Part shown: in pieces, positions 27,921 to 37,791 of the stretch
How positions within the stretch are numbered: position 1 is the first letter of the stretch
Layout: each line of letters starts with the position of its first letter
Virus record (IMG/VR): IMGVR_UViG_3300035698_022475
Location: 49,459-113,458 of that record
Length of the DNA stretch: 64,000 nt
Reading direction: 5' to 3' (one strand)
From: a virus
The notes under the pieces: generated by a model
What the model was told of the DNA's origin: nothing
Seen by the model: the letters and a program-made list of their open reading frames with translations, nothing else
Databases searched by the model: none
Translations under genes and position numbers: made by a program

Positions 27921-28892
27921 TCAGATATCATAGGCCCGAACACTGTAATCTCCCGCGGCAGGCGCAAAAACCATCTGCTGGACCGTCAGATCATTCCGGC
28001 AAATTCTACCGCTTAAAATCTTGAATAAATCCTCGAAACTTTTTCCCTTGTAGCGTTTCGCAGCCCGAAGAGCACTTTCATACCGCCCGTCGCTATCGCC
28101 AATAAAGTCATCGTCATTCAGATGTCCGAGTTCCTCGGTTAAATAGTGGTTGGTCACAACCAGAGGCTTATCATCAAACCAACGAATCGCGCTTTCACGA
28201 CACGTACGTTCAATAACACAGGCATTGTCGACCCCGCACACGGTGAAGAACACAGGGCTGCTGAGAGCAGTATTAGCCAATTGAGAAACGGCATCATCGA
28301 AATCGGTCGCGTTCTCGAGCACCCAGCGCAGTAGAAAAACGGGACCGAAGTCAAACCGCGGTCGTTCAGTGGGGGGCGCCCAATTGAGGGTGACGGAGAA
28401 CTTTTCTGGAACCATCCCAGACAGAATCCCGACAAACCCCGGGTTCGTGACTGCCACCACATCTCGGTCTTCGGTCTCAAGAATACGGACTATAGTCGTA
28501 TACCCCATTTCCAAGAGGTCCCAATCAAGATTGCGAACATGTACAAACCCATTCTTCGCAGTCTTCAAGACCACGGAAGTACAGCCTACTGCAGGAAAAA
28601 ATCTCTCCGACAAATACTGCGCAGCCTGAGCCAGCTCGTAGCTCACATTGGCTGTGATTATGTTGCCTTTACTTACCTGAAGGACTTTTGCCCACCGGCC
28701 GATCTCTTCCCGATACAAACCTCCGGACAAACTGTAGGCATTCGAAAGTACCCACTTAATGAGCGATGAGGCCTTCCCCACATACTCCTCGAGGGGCGCA
28801 AGAGCATTTTCCAAAAGTTCTCGGGCATCTTCAGTATGCTTTTCAATAATGTCGTCAAGGGAAGTGTAGACAGGCGGATCCAATATCATCAT
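27921..28892 (-). CDS. Ntn hydrolase, acid-ceramidase/NAAA/peptidase C45-like
   Basis: GCTSVV self-cleavage nucleophile site, HVRNLDW, PGFVGILSG, FSVTLN and VVTNH motifs. Confidence 0.85.
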   Translation of the reverse strand: MMILDPPVYTSLDDIIEKHTEDARELLENALAPLEEYVGKASSLIKWVLSNAYSLSGGLYREEIGRWAKVLQVSKGNIITANVSYELAQAAQYLSERFFPAVGCTSVVLKTAKNGFVHVRNLDWDLLEMGYTTIVRILETEDRDVVAVTNPGFVGILSGMVPEKFSVTLNWAPPTERPRFDFGPVFLLRWVLENATDFDDAVSQLANTALSSPVFFTVCGVDNACVIERTCRESAIRWFDDKPLVVTNHYLTEELGHLNDDDFIGDSDGRYESALRAAKRYKGKSFEDLFKILSGRICRNDLTVQQMVFAPAAGDYSVRAYDI

Positions 28893-28962
28893 AAGCCTCC
28901 TCTTTGGTGTTTAACACTTTTACCTTTTTTCGTATACTATTTGGAGCAAAGGAAAAACTTGA

Positions 28963-30204
28963 ATGCCTACTACAGATCAAAATAACGACCTGACTCCGCT
29001 GCTGATGGCAGGAGGACTCGGGGCTGCCCCGTTCGCTGGCCTCATTGGAGAGCGGGCTATCACCAAAGACCCATTTCACAACAAAAATATCAAACGCATG
29101 TCCCCGGAGAAACTAGAGCAATTGGCTCGCGCAGGAGACGTTATACTAGCGTCCCGGCGGCAGGGAAGTTCGGTACGCTACAAACTGCCACAGCTCTTGG
29201 CCACAGGAAGCGAATTCTACCACACTGAACCTATAGCGGGGACCTACCAGCCTCGCGATAGTAATATCGATACAGGCAAAACAGAATATGGCAAACGGAC
29301 AGGGAGAGCCCTCGATTCCGGTAGAATGGAATACTCCGGAAAAAAGGTAAACCCCGCAGAGATCCTCAAAAAAGGTCCCGGCGAATTCGCACATCGCATC
29401 CCATTAGCAGACTACGAAGACACCCTCCTCATGCGCCCCAACAAGAAACTGTCCCCGGCCGACCTTAAGAAACTACAGCTCTCCCTTATTGAACAAAGTG
29501 CAAAGAAATACAGCAAACCAATGGGCACTCGTAGCCTGTTGCGCGACATCTTTCTCCCCAAAATACCGGGGGTCACTGGAAGAGTAGGTCCCAGGGTACT
29601 CTGTGAAGGAAATATGTGTTCCTCGCTCCCCGCAACTTCCTGGAAAGAAGTGGCAGGAGAACAAATCGCCAGAGGAAAACACCCCAAACATGTACTCCCT
29701 GCAGACTTCCTGAGAGAAGGATCCCCCTTCAAACCTGTCGCCGCATCTCTGGCAAATCCAGAAGCCCTAAAGAATACCACTGCCAACCGTATGGCGTTTC
29801 GGGGTGGTCTGGGGACGGCTATGGCAGGAACCGGTCTAGCAGCATACTACGAGCCTGAAATACTTCCCGGCATCGCCGCAGCGGCCGGAGTCCCGATGGC
29901 CTCTCGCACAGTTCTGGACTACCTACACAACAAAAACCCTAAAACAGTCAAAAACTTAAAGCTCCGCGCACTCCTCCAAAAGCTCAAACCTAAAAAATCC
30001 GGAGGCTACCTTCTTCCGCCAGGTATGGACATGGTTGAGAACACCGGGGAATGGACCAAGGCCCTCCGAAATATTCGCAAGCCAGGTAAGCCGCTTCCCA
30101 AAGCCATGATGAGTCTCCTCAAGCGCTTCGGAAAACGAACAGCGCCTTTGGCCGTCGGATCAGGCCTCGCCGCATACCTGGGTACCAAGGCTCTCACCGA
30201 CTAA
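28963..30204 (+). CDS. Permuted papain-like amidase (YiiX/YaeF, NlpC/P60 superfamily) with hydrophobic flanks
   Basis: RAGDVIL...SEFYHTE...KKYS...MCSSLPA...VLPADF, i.e. His-before-Cys order. Confidence 0.65.
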   Translation: MPTTDQNNDLTPLLMAGGLGAAPFAGLIGERAITKDPFHNKNIKRMSPEKLEQLARAGDVILASRRQGSSVRYKLPQLLATGSEFYHTEPIAGTYQPRDSNIDTGKTEYGKRTGRALDSGRMEYSGKKVNPAEILKKGPGEFAHRIPLADYEDTLLMRPNKKLSPADLKKLQLSLIEQSAKKYSKPMGTRSLLRDIFLPKIPGVTGRVGPRVLCEGNMCSSLPATSWKEVAGEQIARGKHPKHVLPADFLREGSPFKPVAASLANPEALKNTTANRMAFRGGLGTAMAGTGLAAYYEPEILPGIAAAAGVPMASRTVLDYLHNKNPKTVKNLKLRALLQKLKPKKSGGYLLPPGMDMVENTGEWTKALRNIRKPGKPLPKAMMSLLKRFGKRTAPLAVGSGLAAYLGTKALTD

Positions 30205-30494
30205 TCACAGCATGTTCCTCTTTTGCTCCCGCGAACCGTTTGCGCTTGAGCAACCCCTCGACCTCGAACCTGAATCAACTCGTGCATCACACCATCAATA
30301 TCTACGGACACTCTAAACTGTCCTGGGTTATTCCGTGCGAGAGCACCCAGGGCTTTCGTGGCAGGACATGAGTCAGAGAACTCAGCCGACGGGGGAGTAG
30401 GGACATCCCACATATAACGGTACGGAGTTATCGTTACCCAGGACCGCTGGGCAGCATTGTAAACCTGTAAATAGAAAATGTTTTCTTCATCCAT
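30201..30494 (-). CDS. Hypothetical protein
   Basis: 97 aa, convergent with the YiiX-like gene. Confidence 0.45.
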   Translation of the reverse strand: MDEENIFYLQVYNAAQRSWVTITPYRYMWDVPTPPSAEFSDSCPATKALGALARNNPGQFRVSVDIDGVMHELIQVRGRGVAQAQTVRGSKRGTCCD

Positions 30495-30540
30495 AACGTA
30501 ATGATAGCAAAAAAAGAGCGACGGCCGCTCTTTTGATGTT

Positions 30541-31182
30541 TCACTTCAGTTGGTCTTCCCGAAGAATAATCACCGGGCCTACCATGTCCTGGCCAACGAG
30601 TTGAGATGCTGCATTGTTGTACGGCATGTTCTGGAGGAGTCCCTCCTCGTTCACGATGGCGATGCGCTTCTCCTCATTGGGGAATTGCACAACTTCGATC
30701 ATGCCACCTACGTAACTTTGGAGTTGCTTGAGTGTGTACCCCATCTCGGGGTCCTCGGGAGGAGGAATGTTCGCCACGGAGCCATCAGGAGCAATAACGA
30801 TGTTCGGCTGCTCCAGTGGGGGGAGACCTCCCGTCTTCTGGACATAGTCCTCGATTATTTCGAGATCAATCTTCCCCTCGTCCGCACGTTCCCGCGCACG
30901 CTCCAGTACCCCAGGACCGCTGGTAACGAGAGCTTGGAGAGCTACTCCTGCCTCGACGCTACCTCCTGTGGCTTGGGCAATCATGTTCACATGCGATTCC
31001 ATGATGCCCGCCATAAGGTAGGTAAGCTGGAGCAGCGTCGCAGGGGACACCAGTTCCTCGCCGGGCTTCTTCCCATCTTCATGAATGACAACTTCGACAT
31101 TGGGATCCTTCTCGTCCACAAGAGTGGAGAGGGGATCGACGTTGAACTTCAAACTAATACGGGCACGCACTGACTTGGACAT
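30541..31182 (-). CDS. DUF3846-domain protein
   Basis: C-terminal YTLKQLQSYVGGMIEVV...VNEEGLLQNMPYN...MVGPVII. Confidence 0.7.
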   Translation of the reverse strand: MSKSVRARISLKFNVDPLSTLVDEKDPNVEVVIHEDGKKPGEELVSPATLLQLTYLMAGIMESHVNMIAQATGGSVEAGVALQALVTSGPGVLERARERADEGKIDLEIIEDYVQKTGGLPPLEQPNIVIAPDGSVANIPPPEDPEMGYTLKQLQSYVGGMIEVVQFPNEEKRIAIVNEEGLLQNMPYNNAASQLVGQDMVGPVIILREDQLK

Positions 31183-31212
31183 AAATCCTCCTTTACGTCG
31201 TAAACTAGCGTT

Positions 31213-31617
31213 CTAGTCACTTAGAATACACCCACTCTCCCGAATAGACTTGATCATCCACTCGTAACCACAGAAACCTCGGGTCTCACGGCGCAGGCGT
31301 CGTGCTTCTTGCGGGGTAACCGCTCGTGCACGGATACTCGCTGCCCATCCATCTCCGAAGTCATAACGGTAAGGGGACTCTGCGATGATCTTCTCTGCGA
31401 GTTTCTTTGCTTTTTGAGCAGGACCGAACTTAGTGAGATGTGCGTAACAGTTACCCTCTCCAGTCCCCTTACCGTCCCAGGCATTGTTACTGGGCATCGA
31501 CAGTTCGAACGCGACCGTGAGGGACTTGGGTTGTTTCGATTTGTAGAAAGTGCCTAAACACTTAATGCATAGACCTTCTTGAAGTACTGCATCTGTATTG
31601 CATTCGTTACACTTCAT
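31213..31617 (-). CDS. Hypothetical protein with N-terminal Zn finger
   Basis: MKCNEC...LCIKC. Confidence 0.55.
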   Translation of the reverse strand: MKCNECNTDAVLQEGLCIKCLGTFYKSKQPKSLTVAFELSMPSNNAWDGKGTGEGNCYAHLTKFGPAQKAKKLAEKIIAESPYRYDFGDGWAASIRARAVTPQEARRLRRETRGFCGYEWMIKSIRESGCILSD

Positions 31618-32008
31618 TGGCCGCGCACGCTTCCCTGAGGCCGAGGCGTTCCCAGGCGTCATCGGGGATGAACGCCACGCGCTGCTCCAGAATGGTATCC
31701 TGTAACTCCGAAGACGTAACGACACGCTTGACGAAGTCGTCAGAGACAACACACCAACCGCCCGTGCGATAAGGATTCTTCATGTCAGAGGCACTCTTGG
31801 CTTCGTCGACGCTGATGAAGATGACGCCCTGCTTCATGTACTTTTGGCACTTGTCACAAGGCTCCTGATCGAAGGCGACTCCTTTAGGCGCCTCAGCATC
31901 CCCCTTGATCCTGCCCATGAGGACGATTTCGTTCTTATCCTCTCCACAGAGGAAACACTTCGGGATAGTGGGATTGAGTCCATGCTTTTCGGACAGCTTG
32001 ATGTTCAT
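31607..32008 (-). CDS. Conserved phage Zn-binding protein
   Basis: SEKHGLNPTIPKCFLCG...EPCDKC. Confidence 0.65.
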   Translation of the reverse strand: MNIKLSEKHGLNPTIPKCFLCGEDKNEIVLMGRIKGDAEAPKGVAFDQEPCDKCQKYMKQGVIFISVDEAKSASDMKNPYRTGGWCVVSDDFVKRVVTSSELQDTILEQRVAFIPDDAWERLGLREACAANEV

Positions 32009-32211
32009 TTGATTTTAAACTCCTTTGCTTTTCCGCTGTGACCACACTTGAGACAGTGAAACGGTGATTCGTTATTCCACTCAAGGTCCGTGAAGTCTGA
32101 GACACCGTCATCACTTACATTGCGGAAAAGCGCTTCGCCGAAGACGTCAAAAGGGCCCTCGGATTTGCACTCAGGACATTGGATGCCTTGTAGCACGTTT
32201 TTGTTTGTCAT
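32005..32211 (-). CDS. Zn-ribbon protein
   Basis: CPEC...CLKC. Confidence 0.65.
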   Translation of the reverse strand: MTNKNVLQGIQCPECKSEGPFDVFGEALFRNVSDDGVSDFTDLEWNNESPFHCLKCGHSGKAKEFKIK

Positions 32212-32541
32212 CTATTTCCTCTCGTACTCGACGCCCACCACTTTGCCGACGGACTCGAGAAGCTTCTTCAGCTCGGGGTTGCGTCCACCCCAGCACAGAA
32301 ACGTATACGTTCCTTTAGGAAGGTTGTGCTTGTTGGCTGCGATGTACGTGTTGGCCGCCTTCTCGGTGAAGAAGACGCTTTGGCCATACTCGACGCTACG
32401 CTCTACGCGGTCACCCTCCTCATTGAGATCCTGATAACGTAAATCGTAGTAGTACGGCGTCGAAGTTGATCGGTTGTCTTGGGTATTGAGTTCGGTCATG
32501 AATTCTTTGAGCCATCGAATGGCTGCGAAGTCGTCAGTCAT
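32212..32541 (-). CDS. Hypothetical protein
   Basis: TQDNRST...FFTEKAA...RNPEL. Confidence 0.65.
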   Translation of the reverse strand: MTDDFAAIRWLKEFMTELNTQDNRSTSTPYYYDLRYQDLNEEGDRVERSVEYGQSVFFTEKAANTYIAANKHNLPKGTYTFLCWGGRNPELKKLLESVGKVVGVEYERK

Positions 32542-32543
32542 AC

Positions 32544-32894
32544 TTAATCGCCTTTCAACATGGAGAAGAACTCTTTGTAGGGCATCATAGTAGCCTGCGC
32601 ACAGTCCTCCTTGCCTTTCTTTATTTGTTCCTTCAGCACATCCATATCCCCGGTAGCAATGTCTTTCTTGGCCTGGGATATTGCTCCGTCTTTAGTACGG
32701 GCATGCTGGACTAAAGCACCGCAGTCCTCGGACGCTACGTGCCATTGCTTGAGTTTGGGGTGCCGGAAGACGAGACCGTAGACGCCCTCTGCGAGCTTGA
32801 CTCGGGAGTATTCCTCAATCTCGGTCTTCACAAATCGCCCAACCCCTCCGTGCATGAAGGGCTCCGGCTTCCAGGTATAAATCTCAGGCATCAC
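32544..32894 (-). CDS. Hypothetical protein
   Basis: 116 aa, coupled. Confidence 0.6.
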   Translation of the reverse strand: MMPEIYTWKPEPFMHGGVGRFVKTEIEEYSRVKLAEGVYGLVFRHPKLKQWHVASEDCGALVQHARTKDGAISQAKKDIATGDMDVLKEQIKKGKEDCAQATMMPYKEFFSMLKGD

Positions 32895-33184
32895 TCGTCC
32901 TCCTTGTCTCGCCTCAGGACCATTCCGACGGTCTTCAGCGGGTATTTGAATTCAGCATCTACCGTGATGGAGTCCTGTACCTGGGCGAGGTTGGAAAGCT
33001 TCACAGCAGGGGACTCATCGCCATCTTCAGGCGCAAATATCCAGACTTCCCCCGGGGGAATATCTTTCGATACGTGAATAGTGAGTCCGAAGAGTCGTCC
33101 GTCCTCCTGAAGATAGGAGACGGCGAGGCTGGCTAGGTTTGGGGGGACGTCTTGTGCGGACATTATCTTGAAGTCATCGGTCAT
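32891..33184 (-). CDS. Hypothetical protein
   Basis: AAGGAG RBS. Confidence 0.6.
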   Translation of the reverse strand: MTDDFKIMSAQDVPPNLASLAVSYLQEDGRLFGLTIHVSKDIPPGEVWIFAPEDGDESPAVKLSNLAQVQDSITVDAEFKYPLKTVGMVLRRDKEDE

Positions 33185-33197
33185 GTGGAGTCTCCTT

Positions 33198-33743
33198 TCA
33201 GTCCTCTCCCAAAAGCTTCATGAGCTTCTCTGCGAGCCTTTGATTCCATCTCTTCTCCTCCGGCTCCAGATCCGCATACTTGGTGGTCATCTCACGTTTC
33301 CAGCGTTCCGCATCTTCTCTCTGGATAAGGTGCTGCCCGTACGCAAAGCACTCATCTTCATCCATGTACGTAGAACGCTCTTCGAGGAGATCCTTCATCC
33401 ATTGAGACCACGATTCTTCGTGAAGAAAAGCAGCAAGCTTCTCGCGCTTCTGGTCTACCGCGGTTCCTTGGTCCCCTGAGTAGATTGCTTCTGTCCCGTC
33501 CATATCCCAACTCAACAACATGTCGGCCTGTGCATCTTCGTAAGACAACTCAAATGCGGTATCCGGAGCGGGCATCAAGTCGATGAATTCTCTGCCGTCG
33601 TCTTCGGTAGTGATACTGGGAGTAACAAGCATATCTATATCCGGTTGCAGAGGATCGTCGTAGCGCATGACATATCTCACTACTCCGCCATTAACTATGA
33701 TCTTTAAAAGATGTTTCCCTCTTAACGGTTTTTGTTTATCCAT
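33198..33743 (-). CDS. Hypothetical protein with C-terminal RyR-like domain
   Basis: EKLAAFLHEESWSQWM...RWKREMTTKYADLEPEEK. Confidence 0.6.
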   Translation of the reverse strand: MDKQKPLRGKHLLKIIVNGGVVRYVMRYDDPLQPDIDMLVTPSITTEDDGREFIDLMPAPDTAFELSYEDAQADMLLSWDMDGTEAIYSGDQGTAVDQKREKLAAFLHEESWSQWMKDLLEERSTYMDEDECFAYGQHLIQREDAERWKREMTTKYADLEPEEKRWNQRLAEKLMKLLGED

Positions 33744-34161
33744 TCTCGTATTTCTCCTTCCATAGAGCGTCGAGACGCTCCACTTCGTCATAGGCAAAGT
33801 TGATGGCCTTCCGTATGTCGCCCTGTGCAGACTTCGAGATGTACATCTCATAGGCCTTCTCGCGCGTGAGGGGAGGGTCAGTCAGCAGTTCGTTGTCATA
33901 GTAGTATCCGGGGCACCCAAGAGTATCGGCCATCCACTCTAAGACACGATGGATGTAGATGCGCTCGGTGATGTCTATCCACGAGCTGTAATCGAAACCC
34001 ATTGGATGCCTGATGTCGTCAGGGCAATAAGAAAGCAGTGTATCGAGCCGGGCTGCCACGGGATCCGTGTCAGGACACGGCTTCAGATTCCTCCTCAGGA
34101 AGTTGAACATCTTGTTCTGTAGGTCAGCAGTAGGTGCTGACACGGAAAGCGTGTAGCCCAT
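33736..34161 (-). CDS. Hypothetical protein
   Basis: 141 aa. Confidence 0.6.
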   Translation of the reverse strand: MGYTLSVSAPTADLQNKMFNFLRRNLKPCPDTDPVAARLDTLLSYCPDDIRHPMGFDYSSWIDITERIYIHRVLEWMADTLGCPGYYYDNELLTDPPLTREKAYEMYISKSAQGDIRKAINFAYDEVERLDALWKEKYENG

Positions 34162-34162
34162 C

Positions 34163-34654
34163 TCAGTTCTCCAATTCAGTAATAGCCAGGGGTTCGGTCT
34201 GCACTTCGATAGAAGTGTGTTTGATTGCCCCCACCCACTGGAACTCCTTGTCCGTCACGCGGAGACGTTGGACTTCAATACGGCGCTCGTACGCGTTCCA
34301 CTTCTCCGGCGGATCATCCACATCCTCGCACTCCCGGTAATCCGGAGTACAATCCCAAACTTCCGCGCAATAGAGGTTACCGTCAATGACTGCCTTGCGC
34401 ATGTCAAGAATACGGTTAGCCAGTTCTTCGCGGACTTCGATGATGGCCTTGGTAGGCACTTCGTCGTAGAGCTGAGATCCTTTACTGACGTCCACATTGA
34501 ATATCCAACACTTCTCGGGCTCTCCGCCTACCTCCAGATAGGCGTCCAGGTCGCCATGTGTTCGCAGCGTGAGCCCTCCTTCGTCGATGTACACATCACT
34601 CTCGGAGTCCAATGTCCCAAGCCAGCGCGTAAGTTCTAAAACACGTATACTCAT
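34163..34654 (-). CDS. Hypothetical protein
   Basis: 163 aa, coupled. Confidence 0.6.
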   Translation of the reverse strand: MSIRVLELTRWLGTLDSESDVYIDEGGLTLRTHGDLDAYLEVGGEPEKCWIFNVDVSKGSQLYDEVPTKAIIEVREELANRILDMRKAVIDGNLYCAEVWDCTPDYRECEDVDDPPEKWNAYERRIEVQRLRVTDKEFQWVGAIKHTSIEVQTEPLAITELEN

Positions 34655-34896
34655 ACCAGCCCTCCCAGCTCTGACATCACAGAGTCCAACTCTGCGCGGG
34701 CTCTGCGCATCTGGTGAACGGCGGCAAGAACTTGCTCTTCATCCGTCGCATCTTCGTCAAATGTTTCCGACAACTCTACCATGATGAATTTCGCCAGAGA
34801 ATCCCCGTGGCTCGTCTCAGGCTCGTTGTAGTACTGCTCGATGAGGCCGTCGGGGTATCCCGAACTGGCCGCCTCAATCAGCTTTTTCAATTTCAT
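34651..34896 (-). CDS. Hypothetical protein
   Basis: AAGGAGG RBS; promoter motif at 34946-34954. Confidence 0.65.
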   Translation of the reverse strand: MKLKKLIEAASSGYPDGLIEQYYNEPETSHGDSLAKFIMVELSETFDEDATDEEQVLAAVHQMRRARAELDSVMSELGGLV

Positions 34897-34987
34897 TTAT
34901 CCTCCTTACTGTCGCACAAACTACGACATAATGATGACTCCTTCTCTCATACCAAAAAGAAGAGACAAATCGTCTCTCCTTATATGT

Positions 34988-35263
34988 TTAATCGTCTTTG
35001 GAAACCCAGACCCAGGCAGATATGTAGGCGCCGTCAGCATTGTCTTCATCAGGCAGCGAGACCGGAGCGTTGTCGTCTATCTCCAGTTCTCCCTCCACGC
35101 CAAACGCCTCCTTGGCCTTTACGACGTAATTTAATTCTTCCTGAGTGCGGTGCTTGGCGAAGAATGAAATGCAGTCAGCGAGGGTAAGACCCGAGCGAGC
35201 CAGACCTTCCAGCGCGTACTGTTTGACAGGAGCGGGCAAATCGGGAAGGTCTTTCTTAATCAT
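34988..35263 (-). CDS. Hypothetical protein
   Basis: GELEIDDNA...GAYISAWVWV. Confidence 0.65.
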   Translation of the reverse strand: MIKKDLPDLPAPVKQYALEGLARSGLTLADCISFFAKHRTQEELNYVVKAKEAFGVEGELEIDDNAPVSLPDEDNADGAYISAWVWVSKDD

Positions 35264-35922
35264 GACAAGTACTCCTCTGCCTGATCCTCATAGAGGGATG
35301 GCATCTTCGCGTTGAACTGCTCGAGGACCTGTAGCATCACGCCACGGATAATCGGATGGGCAGGAGTATCGCAGCGCATCTTGAAGATGTGCCGCCACTC
35401 CCTGAGGTTGGCGCCGATGACGATCTCGGACTTCAGGCCGATGGGAAGCCACATCCTAGCAATCTGTGCTGGCTTAGCGATCCCGGCTTTCTTGGCCAGC
35501 TTCTCTGCTATGAAGTAATCCTGCTCCATACGCGCAGCACTGGCGTGCCAATGATCCCTCAACTCTTGAGTCATGTGAGGTACATCCGGAAGCTCGATCA
35601 CCGTTATCGAACTCTTAAACTTTCCCTTGCTGTAGTTACAGTAGCGAGTGCTCTCCTGCGCAAAGCTACAAAGCCTGTGCCGAACCAACTCGTGCGTGAG
35701 GCCGCGGTCCGCAACAATGCGGGCCGTCGCATAACCGAACTCCAGCATGGCGTGATGTTCTTGATTACGCACCATACGTACAAACGTAGGCGCCGACTCC
35801 TCAGTAATTCTGTCTTCTGATTTGTAGCAAGTACGTCCCGCTGCCTCTATGGCCTGCTCCGGGGTCTTGCCATCTTCTGGAGTGTAGAACGTTACTTCAA
35901 CTTGGGGCTGGACTACCTTCAT
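35260..35922 (-). CDS. thyX: FAD-dependent thymidylate synthase
   Basis: AGRTCYKSE, HHAMLE, THELVRHRLCSFAQESTRY (RHRX7S), NLREWRH and AHPIIR motifs. Confidence 0.95.
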   Translation of the reverse strand: MKVVQPQVEVTFYTPEDGKTPEQAIEAAGRTCYKSEDRITEESAPTFVRMVRNQEHHAMLEFGYATARIVADRGLTHELVRHRLCSFAQESTRYCNYSKGKFKSSITVIELPDVPHMTQELRDHWHASAARMEQDYFIAEKLAKKAGIAKPAQIARMWLPIGLKSEIVIGANLREWRHIFKMRCDTPAHPIIRGVMLQVLEQFNAKMPSLYEDQAEEYLS

Positions 35923-36038
35923 TCTTTTCCTTCTCCTTTTGTTTTGAAAGCTCCTTGTAGTGGCGCCTCACCCCCTCGTGGGAAAGACACGCCGCTCCGA
36001 AAGAGCCGTGGAAGACGGCCTTTGTCTCGTCCTCGAGA

Positions 36039-36293
36039 TCAGTCTTTGTCAGGTCCCCCAATTGGAGTTCTCTCTTGCAGATTCGACACATCATTTTTCA
36101 CCTCGTTGTACTGTTTGCCGCCTCCCTCCCAACCACAATCCTCACAGATCAGGGTCCCCATGGGGTGCGGGATATCATCCTTCGTTTCGCCCACATCGAT
36201 GTTACCACCTTTATGGATTGCATCAACATACGCAAAGGACGTGTACTCCTGGCGAAAGTAGAAGCGTGGGGAGTCGCACTTGGGGCAATTCAT
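36039..36293 (-). CDS. Zn-ribbon protein
   Basis: MNCPKC...CEDCG. Confidence 0.6.
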   Translation of the reverse strand: MNCPKCDSPRFYFRQEYTSFAYVDAIHKGGNIDVGETKDDIPHPMGTLICEDCGWEGGGKQYNEVKNDVSNLQERTPIGGPDKD

Positions 36294-37319
36294 CTTTTTT
36301 CCTTTCTTAGATCTCCAACCTCTTTGTAAGAGCCGTCTTTCATGAGTATAAAGTAACCAATTATTTCCACGCAAATACCTGACTCGTGAGCATAAAGGTA
36401 ATAGTGGCCTTTAGGCCACGCGTTACAGTAGATGTGCGTCATCGGCTACGCTCGCGAGGATAGTAGTAACCCGGATTTCCGATACATACGAAAACCCACC
36501 TGCCTGTGGCGGTTATGGTGTAATCGTAAGCGAGGATCATGTTCAGAGAGATCGCGTACTTGGGCCACGCAACAAGAGGGATAAGCCGTAAGGATATGCT
36601 GTGCGTAGTTACGTTCTCGGGCTCTATGTGTACCATTAGTGCCCCAGCACCCCAACCAATTGCCACCCGCACCCGCGATACGACTTACGGTAGTAGAGAG
36701 TTTTTCCTTTGCGGCGGCCATCTCTCGGCATTCTCGCCGGATAAAGGTAAACAGGAGTAACCAGCATTTCCCAGATCTCACGGGAGGGGTGCTTCCGCGT
36801 TATATCTATGTTGACGTGAGTCAAAATGGCACCTCCTTCCAGGTGAAGTCGTCGTCGAGAATGAAAGTGTACTTCTCTCTGAAGAAGTAATTGTCCGCGG
36901 TTGTCACCCACATCGAGATGTGCAGTAGTCCCCGGGAATTGTTTTCGACAGTAGCGTAGCGCGCATTGATGTGGGTCATCGCAGCCTCCACTCCTCGTCC
37001 AAGAACCAGTAGACCGTCATCTGACTCAGGTGAATTGTATACTTGGTGAAGCACTCTCCCCAGAACGTGACGGGCACTACAGTTATTAGGGCGCATCCTC
37101 TCCCCGCGGAGAGCTGCGGGTAATAGCTGACATCTATGTGGGTCATCCCCAATCGTCCCAGGGTCTCCAGTACCCCCCGATAAGCGCATAACAGCCCGTA
37201 CCGCAGGCTGGAGCTACGTAGTAGGACCTCCCCCAGTGAGTGTTGTAATGCGTTATGTCCATGCAGAGAAATTCCCCGCCCATCTTGGAGCGGCGTTGCT
37301 TGATGTCCACGTGTATCAA
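36290..37319 (-). CDS. Six coupled MxH micro-genes (starts 37319 IHVD, 37146 THID, 36979 THIN, 36824 THVN, 36636 VHIE, 36442 THIY)
   Basis: Each is 50-65 aa; every start overlaps the previous stop (TTGA, ATGA, TAATG). Confidence 0.7.
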
Positions 37320-37738
37320 TGCGACCCGTCCTTGACCTTGAGGATGTCCGCCACGATGCACTCCAGGCTGTCACGCCGTAACTTCTCGTATTCTCGACGA
37401 GCCCTGGCGAGAGAGTCTTCGCAGGTCTGGAGATCCCTGTCGACGTACTCGTAGCGGCGCATTTCCTTGTCGGCCTGCTCCTGCCAGTCCACCAGCGTGT
37501 CCCAACAGACGATCTCCCGGGAATCCTCGACGTACCGGTGTATGTCCTCCTGACATTCGGCCCAGGCAAGTTTGAACTCCATGGCTCGTGCGGTCTCTTC
37601 CTCTCCGCAGGAGGGCGGCGTAGCCTTTTCTAGTTGGTAGTACTGATACGCCAGCCCTCCCCACCCCGCCGTGAGAACCGAGAAGGCAATTATCATGATA
37701 GTAAAGCGTCTCTTGTAGTAGCTCATGATCTCAGACAT
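37316..37738 (-). CDS. Membrane-anchored coiled-coil protein
   Basis: AGGAGG RBS, N-terminal TM helix. Confidence 0.65.
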   Translation of the reverse strand: MSEIMSYYKRRFTIMIIAFSVLTAGWGGLAYQYYQLEKATPPSCGEEETARAMEFKLAWAECQEDIHRYVEDSREIVCWDTLVDWQEQADKEMRRYEYVDRDLQTCEDSLARARREYEKLRRDSLECIVADILKVKDGSH

Positions 37739-37791
37739 TGGTCCTCCTGTACTTCTCCCATCTCACTCATCATTATTTATCTCCTTGTGCA

